A DNA stretch of 64,000 bases from an uncultured delta proteobacterium. GTDB lineage: Bacteria; Desulfobacterota; Syntrophia; Syntrophales; UBA2185. The notes below the pieces were generated by a model. That model was not told where the DNA came from and searched no databases. It saw only the letters and a list, made by a program, of their open reading frames with translations. Positions 62,802-64,000 of the stretch are shown piece by piece; the first letter of the stretch is position 1, and each line of letters opens with the position of its first letter. The position numbers and the translations under genes are program-made. The DNA lies in the NCBI GenBank assembly GCA_963695875.1, contig CAVOID010000003.1, positions 1 through 64,000 of the forward strand, given 5' to 3'.

Positions 62802-63588
62802 ATGCTTGATCTTATTGAAAACATTGGTAAAACAAGCATAAGTGCTACCAGATCATTTCTCGATACCCTTTCCTTTGCCTTTGCAATCATTTTAAAAATG
62901 TTTAACAAGAATTCGTATAGCAGTGCCACGAGGATGGTTCTTATTAACCAGATATATTTTACATCTGTGCAGATCTTACCTTTATTTATAGGCATATCTA
63001 TCATATTTGGTTCTCTCCTTATAGGTATTGTATTTCAAATTATAAAGAACCCTGGGGCTTGCCGAATATCTGGGCCGAATTCTGATGGGCTTGGTGGTTA
63101 CAGAGCTGTCACCGTTTGTCACAGTGCTTTTAATTGCCCTTCGTTCAAGTTCCGCCATAAATGCTGAAATTGCCGTAATGAAGGTTAATAAGGAATTGGA
63201 CACATTAGATAAATTCAATATAGATGCGATCGACTACCTTTTCTTACCAAGGGTTATAAATGGTGTTATATCTGTCGTTTTACTTAGTTTCCTATTTTCC
63301 ATCCTGGCTTTGACAAGTGGTCTTTTATTTTCAAAAGTGTTGTTTGGTATGAGTTTGGATACCTATTCAAATGTTTTATTAAATTCGGCTAATTTTTATG
63401 ATATAGTAATATCTCTCATAAAATGTTGCACATTTGGCTTTTTTATTACGCTAATCCCGATACGGTTCGGCTTGCACGCTTCAAAGGATTTGACCAGTAT
63501 TCCTATAGCAGTTCTGAATGGTATGATTGACGTTTTTATAGCTATCGTTCTTATTGAGGTGCTGTCATTAATTCTAATCTTCATTTAA
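62802..63588 (+). CDS. mlaE: MlaE-family ABC permease (frameshift near 63050)
   Basis: QIYFTSVQ, ELSPFVT.LLIALRSSSAINAEIAVMKVNKELD, PRV; two frames joined at AACCCTGGGG. Confidence 0.8.
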
Positions 63589-63608
63589 GACTATTTGAAG
63601 ATGAAGTC

Positions 63609-64000
63609 ATGCTGGATAAAGCACTCTACGACTTCACTATGGAAAACAAGCAAAACCTGGGGCTGGTTTCTCTGGATGTACCATTAATCTCAAACCTGGA
63701 TGTGTGGATTAATATTGCCCTGATCAAGCAATATCATGAAAACTTGCCCGAAGATAAAGCAGAACTCTTAGTTCGCAAATATTTGCGTGGATATGGGATA
63801 GAGCATATTGCCAATAAACGCAACCCCGCATTAACTAATAAAGAACGATTTTGTGCGATGCTTTTAAGGGCGGCTATGGTTATAGATTCCATTGTTGTAA
63901 TTGATAGACCTTTCAAGATTATACCTGATGTTCCAGATGACCAATTTATTTATGATTCATTGAAAATTATTGATGATTCATTTAAAGAATGCCACATCTT
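63609..64000 (+). CDS. Degenerate ABC ATPase-like protein (runs off window end)
   Basis: Manual translation MLDKALYDF...PLISNLDVWINIAL...NKRNPALTNKERFCAMLLRAAM...IVVIDRP; frame open to the end. Confidence 0.6.
   Translation, partial: MLDKALYDFTMENKQNLGLVSLDVPLISNLDVWINIALIKQYHENLPEDKAELLVRKYLRGYGIEHIANKRNPALTNKERFCAMLLRAAMVIDSIVVIDRPFKIIPDVPDDQFIYDSLKIIDDSFKECHI

Noticed and set aside
1..64000. CRISPR arrays, tRNA, rRNA and transposase genes
   Set aside because: No regularly spaced repeats, cloverleaf/T-loop signatures, rRNA-like segments or transposase ORFs seen by eye

Overview
64 kb of chromosome from an anaerobic deltaproteobacterium. Gene content (acetate-CoA ligase, acyl-CoA dehydratase activase, hgcAB, PAS-LuxR regulator) suggests Desulfobacterota, possibly Syntrophales; this is inference. 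The left end (1-5.6 kb) is the tail of a defence/mobile island: type I R-M hsdM-hsdS, an AT-rich membrane ORF, a DUF429-like RNase H-fold gene bracketed by a 43-bp direct repeat, RhuM/Fic and RadC. The rest is mostly housekeeping and metabolic genes. Highlights: (1) a mercury-methylation operon hgcA-hgcB behind a Cys-rich MarR repressor whose palindromic operator sits on its own leaderless promoter; (2) a ~1 kb intergenic region with a consensus sigma54 promoter and enhancer-like palindromes, upstream of a ~360-nt structured, apparently non-coding RNA whose two homologous hairpins display anti-Shine-Dalgarno loops; (3) a perfect parS site; (4) a second MarR with two operator copies; (5) MITE/REP-like elements. 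About eight genes carry single-base frameshifts, most consistent with long-read assembly error. I found no rRNA, tRNA or CRISPR array. All family assignments come from motif recognition by eye, not database searches.
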